DNA from: a virus | Taxonomy: Duplodnaviria > Caudoviricetes | Reading direction: 5' to 3' (one strand) | Virus record (IMG/VR): IMGVR_UViG_3300033417_000040 | Coordinates: 1 to 29,868 of that record | DNA length: 29,868 bases | Shown: in pieces, positions 7,672-16,925 of the stretch | Layout: each line of letters starts with the position of its first letter | Position numbering within the stretch: position 1 is the first letter of the stretch | Program-made: the position numbers and the translations under genes | The notes under the pieces: generated by a model | Database searches by the model: none | Told to the model about the DNA's origin: nothing | Seen by the model: the letters and a program-made list of their open reading frames with translations, nothing else

Positions 7672-9378
7672 ATGTCGCTGCTGCGTTCGTTTCTCGCGGC
7701 GCCGCGCGTTGTGCCGGAGATTGCGCACTCGCGCCAGCGTTCGTTTATACCGCAGCGTGTAGCCGGCGTCGTTGTCGACTACGAAACCGCGCTGAAGTAC
7801 TCGGCGGTATGGCGCTGCGTCAATTTGATTTCGTCGACCATCGCCATGCTGCCGTGGCACGTGTTCGAAATGAGCCTGCGCGGCGAACGCGTCATCCGCC
7901 GGCAAGTCGAGATGAATCATCCGGTCGACTGGGCGCTGCACCGCGAAGCGAACCCGGAAATGTCGGCGTTGCACTTTCGCCAATTCATGATCGCGTGGGC
8001 GCTGCTGGACGGAAATGCCTACGCCGAGATCGCGCGTGATCGCGCCGGGCGGGTGCAAGAGCTATGGCCGATCGCGCCGGACCGCGTTACGCCGAACCGA
8101 GACACCGAAAGCGGCGGCCTCCGTTACAGCGTGCGGAATCAACGCGGGGATGACGTCCAGATCCCGGCGCGCGATATGTATCATCTCAAAGGCTTGGGTT
8201 TCGACGGCCTGGTCGGATACTCCGTCATTGCGATGGCCGCGCGCTCGATCGGTCTCGGTCTCGCCATGGAACAGTTCGGCGCGTCGTATTTCGAAAATGG
8301 GATCAATCCGAGCGGTGTTCTGCAGCACCCGAAGAACCTCGGTCAGGACGCGTACGACCGGTTAAAGCAGAGCCTCAAAGAGGAGCACAGCGGCGGCCTT
8401 CACAACCAGCGCAACCCGCTGATCCTCGAAGAAAGTATGACGTGGCAAAGCATCAGCGCCAAGCCCGAGGAAGCGCAATTTCTCGAAAACCGAAGATTCA
8501 ACGTCGGCGACGTCGCGCGCTGGTTCGGCGTGCCGATGGTGCTGCTCGAGGAAAAAGACGCCTCCATGTGGGGCAGCGGTATCGAACAAATCCTGATCGC
8601 ATTCGACAAGTTCGGGTTGAGCCCGTGGGTCGCTCGCTCCGAATCGGAAGCGGATATAAAACTATTCGGGCCGCAGCAGCGCGGGCGTTTGATCGCAAAA
8701 ATGAACATGAACGCGCTTTTGCGCGGCGACCTCACGACTCGCATGAACTGGTACAAGGCGATGCGCGACCTCGGCGTGTTCAGCGCCAACGATATCCTCG
8801 AGCTCGAGGACCGCAACCCGATCGGCCCGGAAGGCGACAAGCGCTTGGTCCCGCTGAACATGACCACGCTGGAAAAAGCAGGGGAAGATCCACCGAAACC
8901 GGAACCGGCGCCACCAATGCGGCCGAATGAGGATGGTGACGACGATGAAGGAACCCGTGACGCTGATGGCGAGCCGAGTGAAGAGCCATCGGAACCGATG
9001 CGCGCGCGCGTTGTCGCGGCGCAGCGTGAAACTATCGAGGCGGCAATGTGCCAGATCGTCGCGTACCAAAAGAAAAAATGGGAGCTACCGCGCGCGCGCT
9101 ACCGCGGCCACCGCCGCGCCTTCCTTCAGTGGATGGACAAATTTTTCGCCGCTCAGATCGGGCATATGCGCAGCACGCTGACAGCACCGGTCAATGCGCT
9201 GGTGCAGCTGACCAACGCTCGGGTCCACGTCGAAACCGTCATCGAGTCCTTTATCGATCGCCATATCGAGTTGTCTCGGCTGGCGCTGCTCGATGCCTTC
9301 GATAACGAAGCGCCACTGGTACTGCCCGAACCTAAAATTGCCGTTGAGCATCTCATCGAGGCCACGCTATGCCGCTAA
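7672..9378 (+). CDS. Portal protein, HK97 family, with C-terminal extension
   Basis: SAVWRCVNLIS, LLDGNAYAEI, GFDGLVGYS, VARWFGVP, LLRGD, SANDILELEDRNPI motifs. Confidence 0.95.
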   Translation: MSLLRSFLAAPRVVPEIAHSRQRSFIPQRVAGVVVDYETALKYSAVWRCVNLISSTIAMLPWHVFEMSLRGERVIRRQVEMNHPVDWALHREANPEMSALHFRQFMIAWALLDGNAYAEIARDRAGRVQELWPIAPDRVTPNRDTESGGLRYSVRNQRGDDVQIPARDMYHLKGLGFDGLVGYSVIAMAARSIGLGLAMEQFGASYFENGINPSGVLQHPKNLGQDAYDRLKQSLKEEHSGGLHNQRNPLILEESMTWQSISAKPEEAQFLENRRFNVGDVARWFGVPMVLLEEKDASMWGSGIEQILIAFDKFGLSPWVARSESEADIKLFGPQQRGRLIAKMNMNALLRGDLTTRMNWYKAMRDLGVFSANDILELEDRNPIGPEGDKRLVPLNMTTLEKAGEDPPKPEPAPPMRPNEDGDDDEGTRDADGEPSEEPSEPMRARVVAAQRETIEAAMCQIVAYQKKKWELPRARYRGHRRAFLQWMDKFFAAQIGHMRSTLTAPVNALVQLTNARVHVETVIESFIDRHIELSRLALLDAFDNEAPLVLPEPKIAVEHLIEATLCR

Positions 9379-10073
9379 AATTTTACGACATCCAGGCCAA
9401 GGGAAAAAAGAAAGCCCAGATCTACGTCTACCGCCGCATCGGCGCGAGCTTTTTCGAGGACGGCGTATCTGCGGAGGAATTCGTTAAGGAACTGGAAGCA
9501 CTCGGTAAGCTCGACGAGATTAATCTGCGCATCGATAGCCTTGGCGGTTCGCCCTTTGTCGCGGCAACGATGTATAACGCGCTGCGACGTAACGGTGCCC
9601 GCGTGATTGCCGATGTCGATGGCCTGGCCGCGTCGGCGGCGTCGATTCTTTACATGGCTGGCGATGTGCGGCGCATGGCGAGCAATGCCTCCGTGATGGT
9701 GCACAACCCGATGGGCGATGTCGGTATGGCGTATGCCACAGAATTTCGCGCCGCCGCGGACCGTCTGGATAAAATCCGCGAGACCATGCTCGACACCTAC
9801 GTCCGCGCGACCGGCATGAAAGAAAAAGCGATCGGCGATTTGATGGATGCCGAAGCATGGATGCTGCCGGCCGAAGCGGTCGCGAACGGTTTCGCGCACG
9901 AGATAACGGAAGAGATGCGTATGGCGGCCTGCCTCGAACCGGAATTGATCGCGCGCTACAAGAATATGCCGCCGCAGATTCGCGCTCGCTTCGACTCGGT
10001 TGTCGATTTTCAACCGACGCCGAACGAAAAAATCGCGCAGATGCGCGCGAAGCTGAACGCACAACGGTTATAG
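9369..10073 (+). CDS. ClpP-like prohead protease
   Basis: LRIDSLGGSP, VDGLAASAAS, VMVHNP, AEAWMLPAEAVANGFAHEI. Confidence 0.93.
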   Translation: MPLKFYDIQAKGKKKAQIYVYRRIGASFFEDGVSAEEFVKELEALGKLDEINLRIDSLGGSPFVAATMYNALRRNGARVIADVDGLAASAASILYMAGDVRRMASNASVMVHNPMGDVGMAYATEFRAAADRLDKIRETMLDTYVRATGMKEKAIGDLMDAEAWMLPAEAVANGFAHEITEEMRMAACLEPELIARYKNMPPQIRARFDSVVDFQPTPNEKIAQMRAKLNAQRL

Positions 10074-10120
10074 GCGCCCGCATTTCGCGCGGCGTAACGG
10101 CACGGCTCAGTGCCCTCAGA

Positions 10121-10143
10121 AGGTCCCGCCGGGGCCTTTTTTT
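10121..10143 (+). terminator. Terminator-like hairpin upstream of the capsid gene
   Basis: AGGTCCC-GCC-GGGGCCT followed by a T run. Confidence 0.5.
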
Positions 10144-10172
10144 ATCAACCATTTTTTATAGGAAGCGATCCG

Positions 10173-11735
10173 ATGAAAATGCAGCTATTGCTGTTCGCGG
10201 CGGCGCTCGCCGTTGTTCTCGCCGTGTGGTTGCCGGCGAAACGGCGCGCGTACCGCCTGATCGACACCGATGTGTTCGACACGTTTAACCGTTTATTTCC
10301 TCACGCACGCGTGCTCGCCGATGTCACCGCTATCGCGCAGTTGCAGGAACGCCTGCTCGAACTGAACGAGGAAGCGGAAAGCATCCAGGCCGCGGCCGAT
10401 GCGGAGAGGCGCGCCCTGACCGAGGCCGAGCAGACAAAGATCGATTCCATCTTTGCCGAGTTTGGCGAGGTCGAGGCTGACATTAAGCGCCGCGAGCGCA
10501 TCGAGGCACAAAGCGCACGCCTCGCCGAGCGTGTGGGGCGGCGCACCGATCCGAACGATGTCGTAGATGCATCGGCAAACGCGGAAGCGCAAGCCGGTGC
10601 GCGTGGTGGCAATGGCCAGCAGCCGGCCCGGGCCCAGCGCATGACCATGCGCGAAGTTCGCGACCCGAACGGCACGCGCTGGGGCTGGAACAATCTCGGC
10701 GATTTCGCCCTGGCCGTGCGTGCGGCGCACCCGCGCGCGGGCAGCCGCATCGATCCGCGCCTGATCGCGAACGCGCCGACGAGCTTCGGGCAGGAAGGCG
10801 TCGGCGAGGATGGCGGGTTCGCCGTGCCGCCGGATTTTCGCAGCACCATTATGATAAAAGTTATGGGTGACGCATCGCTCATCGGTCGTTGCGACCAGCT
10901 CACCACCGCGGCTAACAGCGTCGTATATCCGAAAGACGAAACGACACCGTGGCAAAATTCCGGCGGCATCCAGGCCTACTGGGAAGGCGAAGGCCTGCTG
11001 TTATCGCAATCCAAGCCGTCGCTAAAGGACCAAACGTATCGGTTGAATAAACTGACCGCGTTGGTTCCGGTGACCGAAGAATTGATGGACGACGCCCCCG
11101 GCATGGATAGCTACCTGCGCCGCAAAGTTCCTGAAAAGTTCGACGCGAAGCTGAATACCGCGATCGTACGCGGCACCGGCGTCGGTATGCCGCAGGGAAT
11201 TCTCAATGCGGACTGCATTATCTCGGTGGCAAAGGAAACGAGCCAGGTCGCGGACACCATCGTCCCGGAAAATATTTTCAAGATGTATTCGCGGATGTAC
11301 GGATCTTCCCGCGGAAAATCGGTCTGGCTGATCAATCAGGATATCGAACCGCAGCTCTTCGCGATGCAACTGCTCGCGAAGAACGTCGCCGGCACGGAAA
11401 ATGTGAGCGGTGTGCCGGTGTATCTGCCGGCGAATGCGCTGGCGGGGTCACCGAACGGTTCGTTGATGGGCCGCCCGATCCTGACGATGGAACCCTGCAG
11501 CACCATCGGCGATCTCGGCGATATCATCCTGGCCGATCTTTCGCAGTACATGATCATTATGAAAACCGGCGGCATCCGCCAGGACGTGTCGATGCACCTC
11601 TGGTTCGATTACGACACGCTCGCGTTTCGCTGGATCATGCGGATCGCTGGTTCGCCGTGGTGGGGTTCCGCGATCACGCCGGAAAACGGCAGCAACACGC
11701 GGTCCTGCTTCGTCACGCTCGCCGAGCGCGCCTAA
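10173..11735 (+). CDS. Major capsid protein, HK97 fold
   Basis: Coiled-coil delta domain, EDGGFAVPPDF, WEGEG, KLTALVPVTEELMDDA, GTGVGMPQGIL, LMGRPI, FDYDTLAFR; AGGA RBS before ATG 10173. Confidence 0.95.
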   Translation: MKMQLLLFAAALAVVLAVWLPAKRRAYRLIDTDVFDTFNRLFPHARVLADVTAIAQLQERLLELNEEAESIQAAADAERRALTEAEQTKIDSIFAEFGEVEADIKRRERIEAQSARLAERVGRRTDPNDVVDASANAEAQAGARGGNGQQPARAQRMTMREVRDPNGTRWGWNNLGDFALAVRAAHPRAGSRIDPRLIANAPTSFGQEGVGEDGGFAVPPDFRSTIMIKVMGDASLIGRCDQLTTAANSVVYPKDETTPWQNSGGIQAYWEGEGLLLSQSKPSLKDQTYRLNKLTALVPVTEELMDDAPGMDSYLRRKVPEKFDAKLNTAIVRGTGVGMPQGILNADCIISVAKETSQVADTIVPENIFKMYSRMYGSSRGKSVWLINQDIEPQLFAMQLLAKNVAGTENVSGVPVYLPANALAGSPNGSLMGRPILTMEPCSTIGDLGDIILADLSQYMIIMKTGGIRQDVSMHLWFDYDTLAFRWIMRIAGSPWWGSAITPENGSNTRSCFVTLAERA

Positions 11736-11758
11736 AGCCATTCGCTCTTAACCGATAT

Positions 11759-11778
11759 GCCGAGCCCAGCGGCTCGGC
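11759..11778 (+). other. Stable hairpin after the capsid gene
   Basis: GCCGAGCC-CAGC-GGCTCGGC with no U tract; probably stabilises mRNA or sets stoichiometry. Confidence 0.5.
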
Positions 11779-11808
11779 GTATCTCTATTGTCAGGAGAAA
11801 TACCCGCT

Positions 11809-12261
11809 ATGAATCTCAATCTACTCCCGAGCGAGCAGGCTGCCCTGGTCGCGACCGTCGACCCCGATGCTCTCACGGCGACCGATCACACGAGCGACTG
11901 GGTCGACATGGGGAAGTTCGAATCGATTCTCGCTATCGTTTTGTTGGGCGATCTCGGCGCCGAGGCCGAAGTGACGGCCAAGCTCGAGCAAGCCACCGAC
12001 AGCGACGGAACCGGCGCTAAGGACATAACCGGTAAGGCCATCACCACGGCCACGCACTCACCGCCGGATTCCGATAAACAGATGTTGATCAACTGCCGCG
12101 CGGAGGAGCTCGATCTCGACAACAGTTTCCGCTATGTGCGGTTGTCGATGACCGTAGCCACGGCAACCAGCGACGGGGCCGGACTTATTCTCGGCTTCAA
12201 TCCGCGTCAATTGCCGGCGAGCGACAACGATCTCGCCAGCGTCGACGAAATCGTTACGTAA
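11809..12261 (+). CDS. Putative head decoration/cement protein
   Basis: AGGAGA RBS; acidic beta-rich protein (SDWVDMGKFE, KLEQATDSDGTGAKDI, FRYVRL) directly after the capsid. Confidence 0.7.
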   Translation: MNLNLLPSEQAALVATVDPDALTATDHTSDWVDMGKFESILAIVLLGDLGAEAEVTAKLEQATDSDGTGAKDITGKAITTATHSPPDSDKQMLINCRAEELDLDNSFRYVRLSMTVATATSDGAGLILGFNPRQLPASDNDLASVDEIVT

Positions 12262-12264
12262 AAA

Positions 12265-12531
12265 GTGCGCGTTCGGTTTCTCGAAGATAGGGAAGTGCGC
12301 GACCATCTGGGCCGCGTGGAGCGATCGTTCCGCGTGGGCCAGGTGGTCGAGTTGTCGGCGGCCTCGTGCCAGCGTTGGATTCGCCGTGGTGCGGCCGTCG
12401 AAGTTCATGGCGCCGATGCGCTAGTTGAAAATCCACCGGAAGTTCCGGCAATCCTTGGCTACCGTAAGAAAAAAACCGCCCGCGCAAGAGTCGCCGCCCC
12501 GGTGGCAGGTACCGACCCTCTGGAGCGGTGA
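12265..12531 (+). CDS. Small hypothetical head-associated protein
   Basis: VRVRFLED...FRVGQVVELSAASCQRWIRRGAAVEV resembles the small proteins found after capsid genes. Confidence 0.6.
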   Translation: MRVRFLEDREVRDHLGRVERSFRVGQVVELSAASCQRWIRRGAAVEVHGADALVENPPEVPAILGYRKKKTARARVAAPVAGTDPLER

Positions 12532-13105
12532 AACCGCGGTTTGCATCGGCGGCGGATCGAGCCTGACCCAAGCGCAGGTCGATCTCGTGCGCGGCCGAGC
12601 GCGCGTGGTCGCGATCAACGACGCGTACCGTTTGGCGCCGTGGGCGGATGTGCTCTACGTCGCGGACTATCGGTGGTGGGAATGGCACGATGCCGCGCGA
12701 AGCTTCGCCGGTGAAAAGGTGACGTATAGCGCGCTCGCGGCGACGCGCTGGCCGGGACTTCGTTGGCTGCCGGGCGACACGCGCGCGCCCGGGCTTTCGC
12801 GCAATCCGGCGCTGTTGCACTGTGGCCGCAACAGCGGCTACCAGGCGATCAATCTCGCCTACCTCTACGGCGCGCGCAGGATCGTGCTGATCGGCTACGA
12901 CATGCAGCGCACCGGCGATCGCGGGCATTGGTTCGGCGAGCACCCGAACAAGGTGCGGTCGCACTACAAGAACTGGCTCGATAGTTACGACACGATCGCG
13001 AAGCAATTGCCGGCGCTCGGGCTTTCGATTATCAACGCGACGCCGGGTTCGGCGTTGCGGTGTTTTCCGATGAGTCGACTCGATGAAATTTTCCGGCTCG
13101 TCTAA
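12425..13105 (+). CDS. MptE/DUF115/sialyltransferase-like nucleotide-binding transferase (start uncertain)
   Basis: TAVCIGGGSSL, VVAINDAY, NSGYQAINLAYLYGARRIVLIGYDM, IINATPGSAL motifs; only TTG starts (12425 or 12455). Confidence 0.75.
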   Translation: MKIHRKFRQSLATVRKKPPAQESPPRWQVPTLWSGETAVCIGGGSSLTQAQVDLVRGRARVVAINDAYRLAPWADVLYVADYRWWEWHDAARSFAGEKVTYSALAATRWPGLRWLPGDTRAPGLSRNPALLHCGRNSGYQAINLAYLYGARRIVLIGYDMQRTGDRGHWFGEHPNKVRSHYKNWLDSYDTIAKQLPALGLSIINATPGSALRCFPMSRLDEIFRLV

Positions 13106-14030
13106 GGGTAGGACCACGGCCTTTGACGCCGTCAATGCTGGTTCGATTCCAGCGCCGGAATCCACATCGGATTACAAACGCATCCGGTCCGGCCGAGGTC
13201 TCGGCGACAATCTCTATCTGCATTGCATCGTGCGCCATCTCATAGCGCGCGGGGTGCGGCTGGAAGTCTGTACCGGTTTTCCCGAACTGTTTCCGTTCGA
13301 TGTGCGCTTCGCGCCGTGGTCGAAAAGCGCGCAGATCACCGTGCACTATGTCGTCGGCAAGTCCAATCCATCGACCACGCAATGGCGCGATATCTGCGCG
13401 ACCGCGCGCACGCCAAACGCGGAATATGCCGGGCACTGGCCGGCGCGGCCGTCGCCGCTGGTGGCGAGGGTGCGGGAGCTCGCCGGGGGTCGGCCGATCG
13501 TGCTGGTCAACGGCGGCCGTTGGCCGATGGATCGCGCGGATGGGTTCGGAGCCGAATTGCTGCCGGCGCCGGATGTTTTCAACGGCGCGATCGAGCGACT
13601 GCGGAAAACGTGTTTCGTTGTGTTCATCGGCCGGGGCTCCCGGTTGTTCGACGTTTCGTGCGATCTCGATTTGAACGATCGCACCACGCCCGATCAGGTC
13701 ATGGATTTGGCGCTCGCGGCCCACGGCGGTTTCGCGCAGTGCGGTTTTATGCTGCCGCTCATGGAAATGTTCGATAAGCCGCTGCTGTGCATGTTCACCG
13801 AGCGCGCTAGAGCCTCCGCGCGCGTCTGGATTCGCCAGATGACGCCGAAAAAACTACTGGGAAAAGAAACGAGCCACTATGTCGTCGACGGCTGGGATGA
13901 GTGGCGCCGCGCCGGCGCGGTCGACGCCTTTCGTGACGAGGTCTTACGCCGCGAACTTCTTTCGCGGAAAATCGGTGGCACTGATCGGCAGCGCGCCGAC
14001 GATTTTACAGAACCCGCCGGGTCTTGTTGA
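13083..14030 (+). CDS. GT-B glycosyltransferase (GT9/heptosyltransferase-like)
   Basis: RGLGDNLYLHCIVRHL N-terminal motif, DLDLNDRTTPDQVMDLALAAHGGFAQCGFMLPL C-lobe motif; the only ATG lies upstream of the tRNA. Confidence 0.7.
   Translation: MKFSGSSKGRTTAFDAVNAGSIPAPESTSDYKRIRSGRGLGDNLYLHCIVRHLIARGVRLEVCTGFPELFPFDVRFAPWSKSAQITVHYVVGKSNPSTTQWRDICATARTPNAEYAGHWPARPSPLVARVRELAGGRPIVLVNGGRWPMDRADGFGAELLPAPDVFNGAIERLRKTCFVVFIGRGSRLFDVSCDLDLNDRTTPDQVMDLALAAHGGFAQCGFMLPLMEMFDKPLLCMFTERARASARVWIRQMTPKKLLGKETSHYVVDGWDEWRRAGAVDAFRDEVLRRELLSRKIGGTDRQRADDFTEPAGSC
13091..13164 (+). tRNA. tRNA-Gln (UUG)
   Basis: Acceptor TTCCGGC/GCCGGAA, D arm GTC-TAAGGGTAG-GAC, anticodon arm ACGGC-CT TTG AC-GCCGT, T arm GCTGG-TTCGATT-CCAGC, discriminator T and encoded CCA. 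Confidence 0.9.
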
Positions 14031-14592
14031 TTCGCACGATCTGGTCGTACGCGTCAACAACTACAAAATAATTATGCCCTCGACCGGGTCGCGCACCGAC
14101 GTGTTCTATAGTTTTTTCGGGACATCGGTGCGAAAGAACGCGAAGGACTTGATGCGCGACGGGGTACGCCTGTGCATGTCGAAGCTGCCCAATGCGCGCT
14201 TGATGGAATCCGATTGGCACCGGCGCCACGGCAAGAACGCCGGGATCGATTACCGCTACATCTACGACTATCGCGCGCCGTGGTGGTTCTGCGATACCTA
14301 CGTGCCGTCGCTCGATGAATTTCTCGCGAAGTTCGAGGTACTCGGGCGGCACCAGCCGACGACCGGGTTCGCGGCGCTCATGGATTTGTTGTCGTTCGAG
14401 GTCACCCGGCTGTACGTGACCGGGTTCGATTTCTTTCGTTCCGGTCTGCACAACGTCGACGAGCCCTGGCGCGCGAAGAATCTCGACGATCCGATCCGGC
14501 ATTTACCGGAAGCCGAAGCGCAATGGCTCGCGCGCGCGGCGCTGGACGATACGCGTATCGCACTCGATGCGCCGCTCGCGGCGATGCTCTAG
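13879..14592 (+). CDS. GT29 sialyltransferase-like glycosyltransferase (start may be 13897 or later)
   Basis: L-motif-like GKSVALIGSAP...VDSHDLVVRVNNY...TGSRTD and S-motif-like PTTGFAALMDLL...LYVTGFDFF. Confidence 0.8.
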   Translation: MSSTAGMSGAAPARSTPFVTRSYAANFFRGKSVALIGSAPTILQNPPGLVDSHDLVVRVNNYKIIMPSTGSRTDVFYSFFGTSVRKNAKDLMRDGVRLCMSKLPNARLMESDWHRRHGKNAGIDYRYIYDYRAPWWFCDTYVPSLDEFLAKFEVLGRHQPTTGFAALMDLLSFEVTRLYVTGFDFFRSGLHNVDEPWRAKNLDDPIRHLPEAEAQWLARAALDDTRIALDAPLAAML

Positions 14593-14603
14593 GTCCGCGA
14601 CGT

Positions 14604-15749
14604 ATGGATCGCTTGATCAAACGCTTCGACGCGATCGCCGACGGCGATCTGAAGCATTGTCTGCACCGCGGCGTCAGCTACCAAGCGGACATGCGCGTGA
14701 CGATGCAGTACGACCGCGCGTATTTTGAAAAATTCGCCGCCTACGATGCCGCGATCGCGGATCGGCTGAACCGCGCGCGCATCGAGTTCGTCAACCGCCA
14801 TTGCGGCGACGGCGCATCGGTGCTCGATATCGGCATCGGTTGCGGCCAGTTCGTCGCGGGACGCGCCAACACCGACGGATTCGACGTGAATCCGCACGCG
14901 GTGAAATGGCTGCGTGCGAAAGACCGCTACGGCGAAGATCCACGTCAGTATAAAGGCGTGACGTTTTGGGACGTGCTCGAGCACGTGCCCGATCCCGAAT
15001 CCTATCTGCGCCGTGTCCCGCAATACGGCTGGGTTTTCGCCAGCGTGCCGCTCTTCGAACGCATCGAGGATATTCGCGCATCGAAGCATTACAAGCCGGG
15101 CGAGCATCTCTACTACTGGAGCGCACAAGGCTTCATCGAGTGGATGAAGCTCTACGGATTCTCGCTGGTGGCCCGCAGCGATCACGAAATGGAATGCGGG
15201 CGCGACTGTGTCGGCGCGTTCGCGTTCCAGCGTTGTCTCGTGGATTACCGCGGGTTGCTCGGCCAGTACATCGAAACGCACGCGACGCGGCATTACGGAT
15301 CGTCCGCCGGCGCTTATCTGAGTCAATTCGCCGCCGTGGTGCGGGAGGCCAAACCGAAAGCGATTCTCGATTTCGGCTGCGGCCGTAGCGATCTCGTCGC
15401 GCATTTTTGGCTAGACGGCGAGCGGCACATCGCACGCTACGATCCGGGCATACCGGCCTACAAGGAAATGCCGGATCGTGCGTTCGATCTGGTTTTCTGC
15501 TGCGACGTGATGGAGCACATCCGAATGGCCGATGTGGATCGCATTTTCGGCGAGATCCGCGCGAAATCGAATCGCGTCATATTCGTCATCTCCACCAAGC
15601 CCGCGCGCGCGGTGTTGCCGAACGGCATGAACGCGCACGTGACGTTGCTGACCGACAGCGAATGGATGCGCTGGGTCGCGGAAGCCTTCGGCCGCTGCGA
15701 ACGCATCCACTACGAGGTGCCGCATTTGCTGCTGCTGAAAACGTTCTAA
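14604..15749 (+). CDS. Tandem class I SAM-dependent methyltransferase (two domains)
   Basis: VLDIGIGCG...WDVLEHVPDP and ILDFGCGRS...FDLVFCCDVMEHI. Confidence 0.85.
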   Translation: MDRLIKRFDAIADGDLKHCLHRGVSYQADMRVTMQYDRAYFEKFAAYDAAIADRLNRARIEFVNRHCGDGASVLDIGIGCGQFVAGRANTDGFDVNPHAVKWLRAKDRYGEDPRQYKGVTFWDVLEHVPDPESYLRRVPQYGWVFASVPLFERIEDIRASKHYKPGEHLYYWSAQGFIEWMKLYGFSLVARSDHEMECGRDCVGAFAFQRCLVDYRGLLGQYIETHATRHYGSSAGAYLSQFAAVVREAKPKAILDFGCGRSDLVAHFWLDGERHIARYDPGIPAYKEMPDRAFDLVFCCDVMEHIRMADVDRIFGEIRAKSNRVIFVISTKPARAVLPNGMNAHVTLLTDSEWMRWVAEAFGRCERIHYEVPHLLLLKTF

Positions 15750-15757
15750 TCGCGCCG

Positions 15758-16336
15758 ATGGATATGCTCGGCGACGAAAAATTATTTTATGAGCGCTTCT
15801 ACGCGCTGCATCGCGACCCGGCGCTCATGAAGGTTTTCGAGCGATTCGGTATCGAGGCGTTCCGGCGATCCTCGGTGCTTGAGGGCTTCAATGCGTTCTT
15901 GCGCGCGCATGAATTCAACGGCGATACCTGCGTGGAAATCGGAACCTATAACGGACTGACCGCGATCGTGCTGGCGCGATACTTTCGTCGCGTCATCACC
16001 ATCGATATCGTGGATCAGCCGCAGAAGGTCGAGATCGCGGCGTTCCTCGGTGTTACTAACGTCGAATTCGTGAACGTCGCCGACAACGCGGAAAAAGCCA
16101 GCGTCATCGGTTCGCTGAGTTTCGACGCGGCTTATGTGGATGGCGATCACGCGCGTGACACCTTCACGGATTTCGCCTTGGTAGGCCGCTGCCGCCGTGT
16201 GATATTCCACGAGGCTTGGCCGGCGCAGCAGCCGGTCGAGAAATTATTAGCCAGCCTGCGACCCGTGGTACGCCACGGGAAATTCGCGTTATGGCAAGCA
16301 ACTAAACCCGTCGAGGAGCTGCGCGCGTGCCACTGA
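15758..16336 (+). CDS. Class I SAM methyltransferase (Methyltransf_24-like)
   Basis: CVEIGTYNGLT, VITIDI, FDAAYVDGDH. Confidence 0.85.
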   Translation: MDMLGDEKLFYERFYALHRDPALMKVFERFGIEAFRRSSVLEGFNAFLRAHEFNGDTCVEIGTYNGLTAIVLARYFRRVITIDIVDQPQKVEIAAFLGVTNVEFVNVADNAEKASVIGSLSFDAAYVDGDHARDTFTDFALVGRCRRVIFHEAWPAQQPVEKLLASLRPVVRHGKFALWQATKPVEELRACH

Positions 16337-16923
16337 TTGTCGTCACCGCTGTTGCGTCGGAGCCGGTCGAGATCGACGAGATCAAGGCGCAGTGCCGGGT
16401 CGAATCGGATCAAACCGAGCAGGACGCGCTGCTGTTGATGCACGCGAAAACCGCGCGCATGTGGCTGGAGGAAGTTACGGGCCGGTCGTTCGGCGAGCAA
16501 ACGTTCGAGCTGGTGCTGGATCGGTTTCCGGAGCAAGACGAAGTGTTCAGCGGCAACCGATTGATCGGGCCGTACATCAAGCTGCCGCGCGCCCCGCTGA
16601 TCGAAGTCGAAAGCGTGAAATATATCGACACCGACGGCACCCTGACGACGATGGACCCAGCCGACTACCTCGTCGACGGCGATTCCGTGCCGGGCCGCAT
16701 CGCGCCGGCGGCGGATAGTTTCTGGCCCGCGACGCAGTTTCGCCAGAACGCGGTGCGCGTGCGCTTTCGCGCCGGCTATGCGAACGACTCGCCGGCCACG
16801 GATGAATTGCCGGAACCGTTGAAGCAGGCGCTGTTGCTGCAAACGCAGGCGATTTACGACGGCATGGATTTGTCGATGCCGATTAATGCGCTGATCTCGC
16901 CGTACCGCCATTGGGGTTTTTAA
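16327..16923 (+). CDS. Head-tail connector (gp6/phiE125 gp8-like)
   Basis: EPVEIDEIKAQCRV, EEVTGRSF, LPRAPLIEVESVKY, VRVRFRAGY, LPEPLKQALL. Confidence 0.9.
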   Translation: MPLIVVTAVASEPVEIDEIKAQCRVESDQTEQDALLLMHAKTARMWLEEVTGRSFGEQTFELVLDRFPEQDEVFSGNRLIGPYIKLPRAPLIEVESVKYIDTDGTLTTMDPADYLVDGDSVPGRIAPAADSFWPATQFRQNAVRVRFRAGYANDSPATDELPEPLKQALLLQTQAIYDGMDLSMPINALISPYRHWGF

Positions 16924-16925
16924 TA

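Noticed and set aside
13091-13164. tRNA as an att site or prophage boundary
   Set aside because: Phage late genes continue on both sides, and there is no integrase or duplicated tRNA 3' end in the window.
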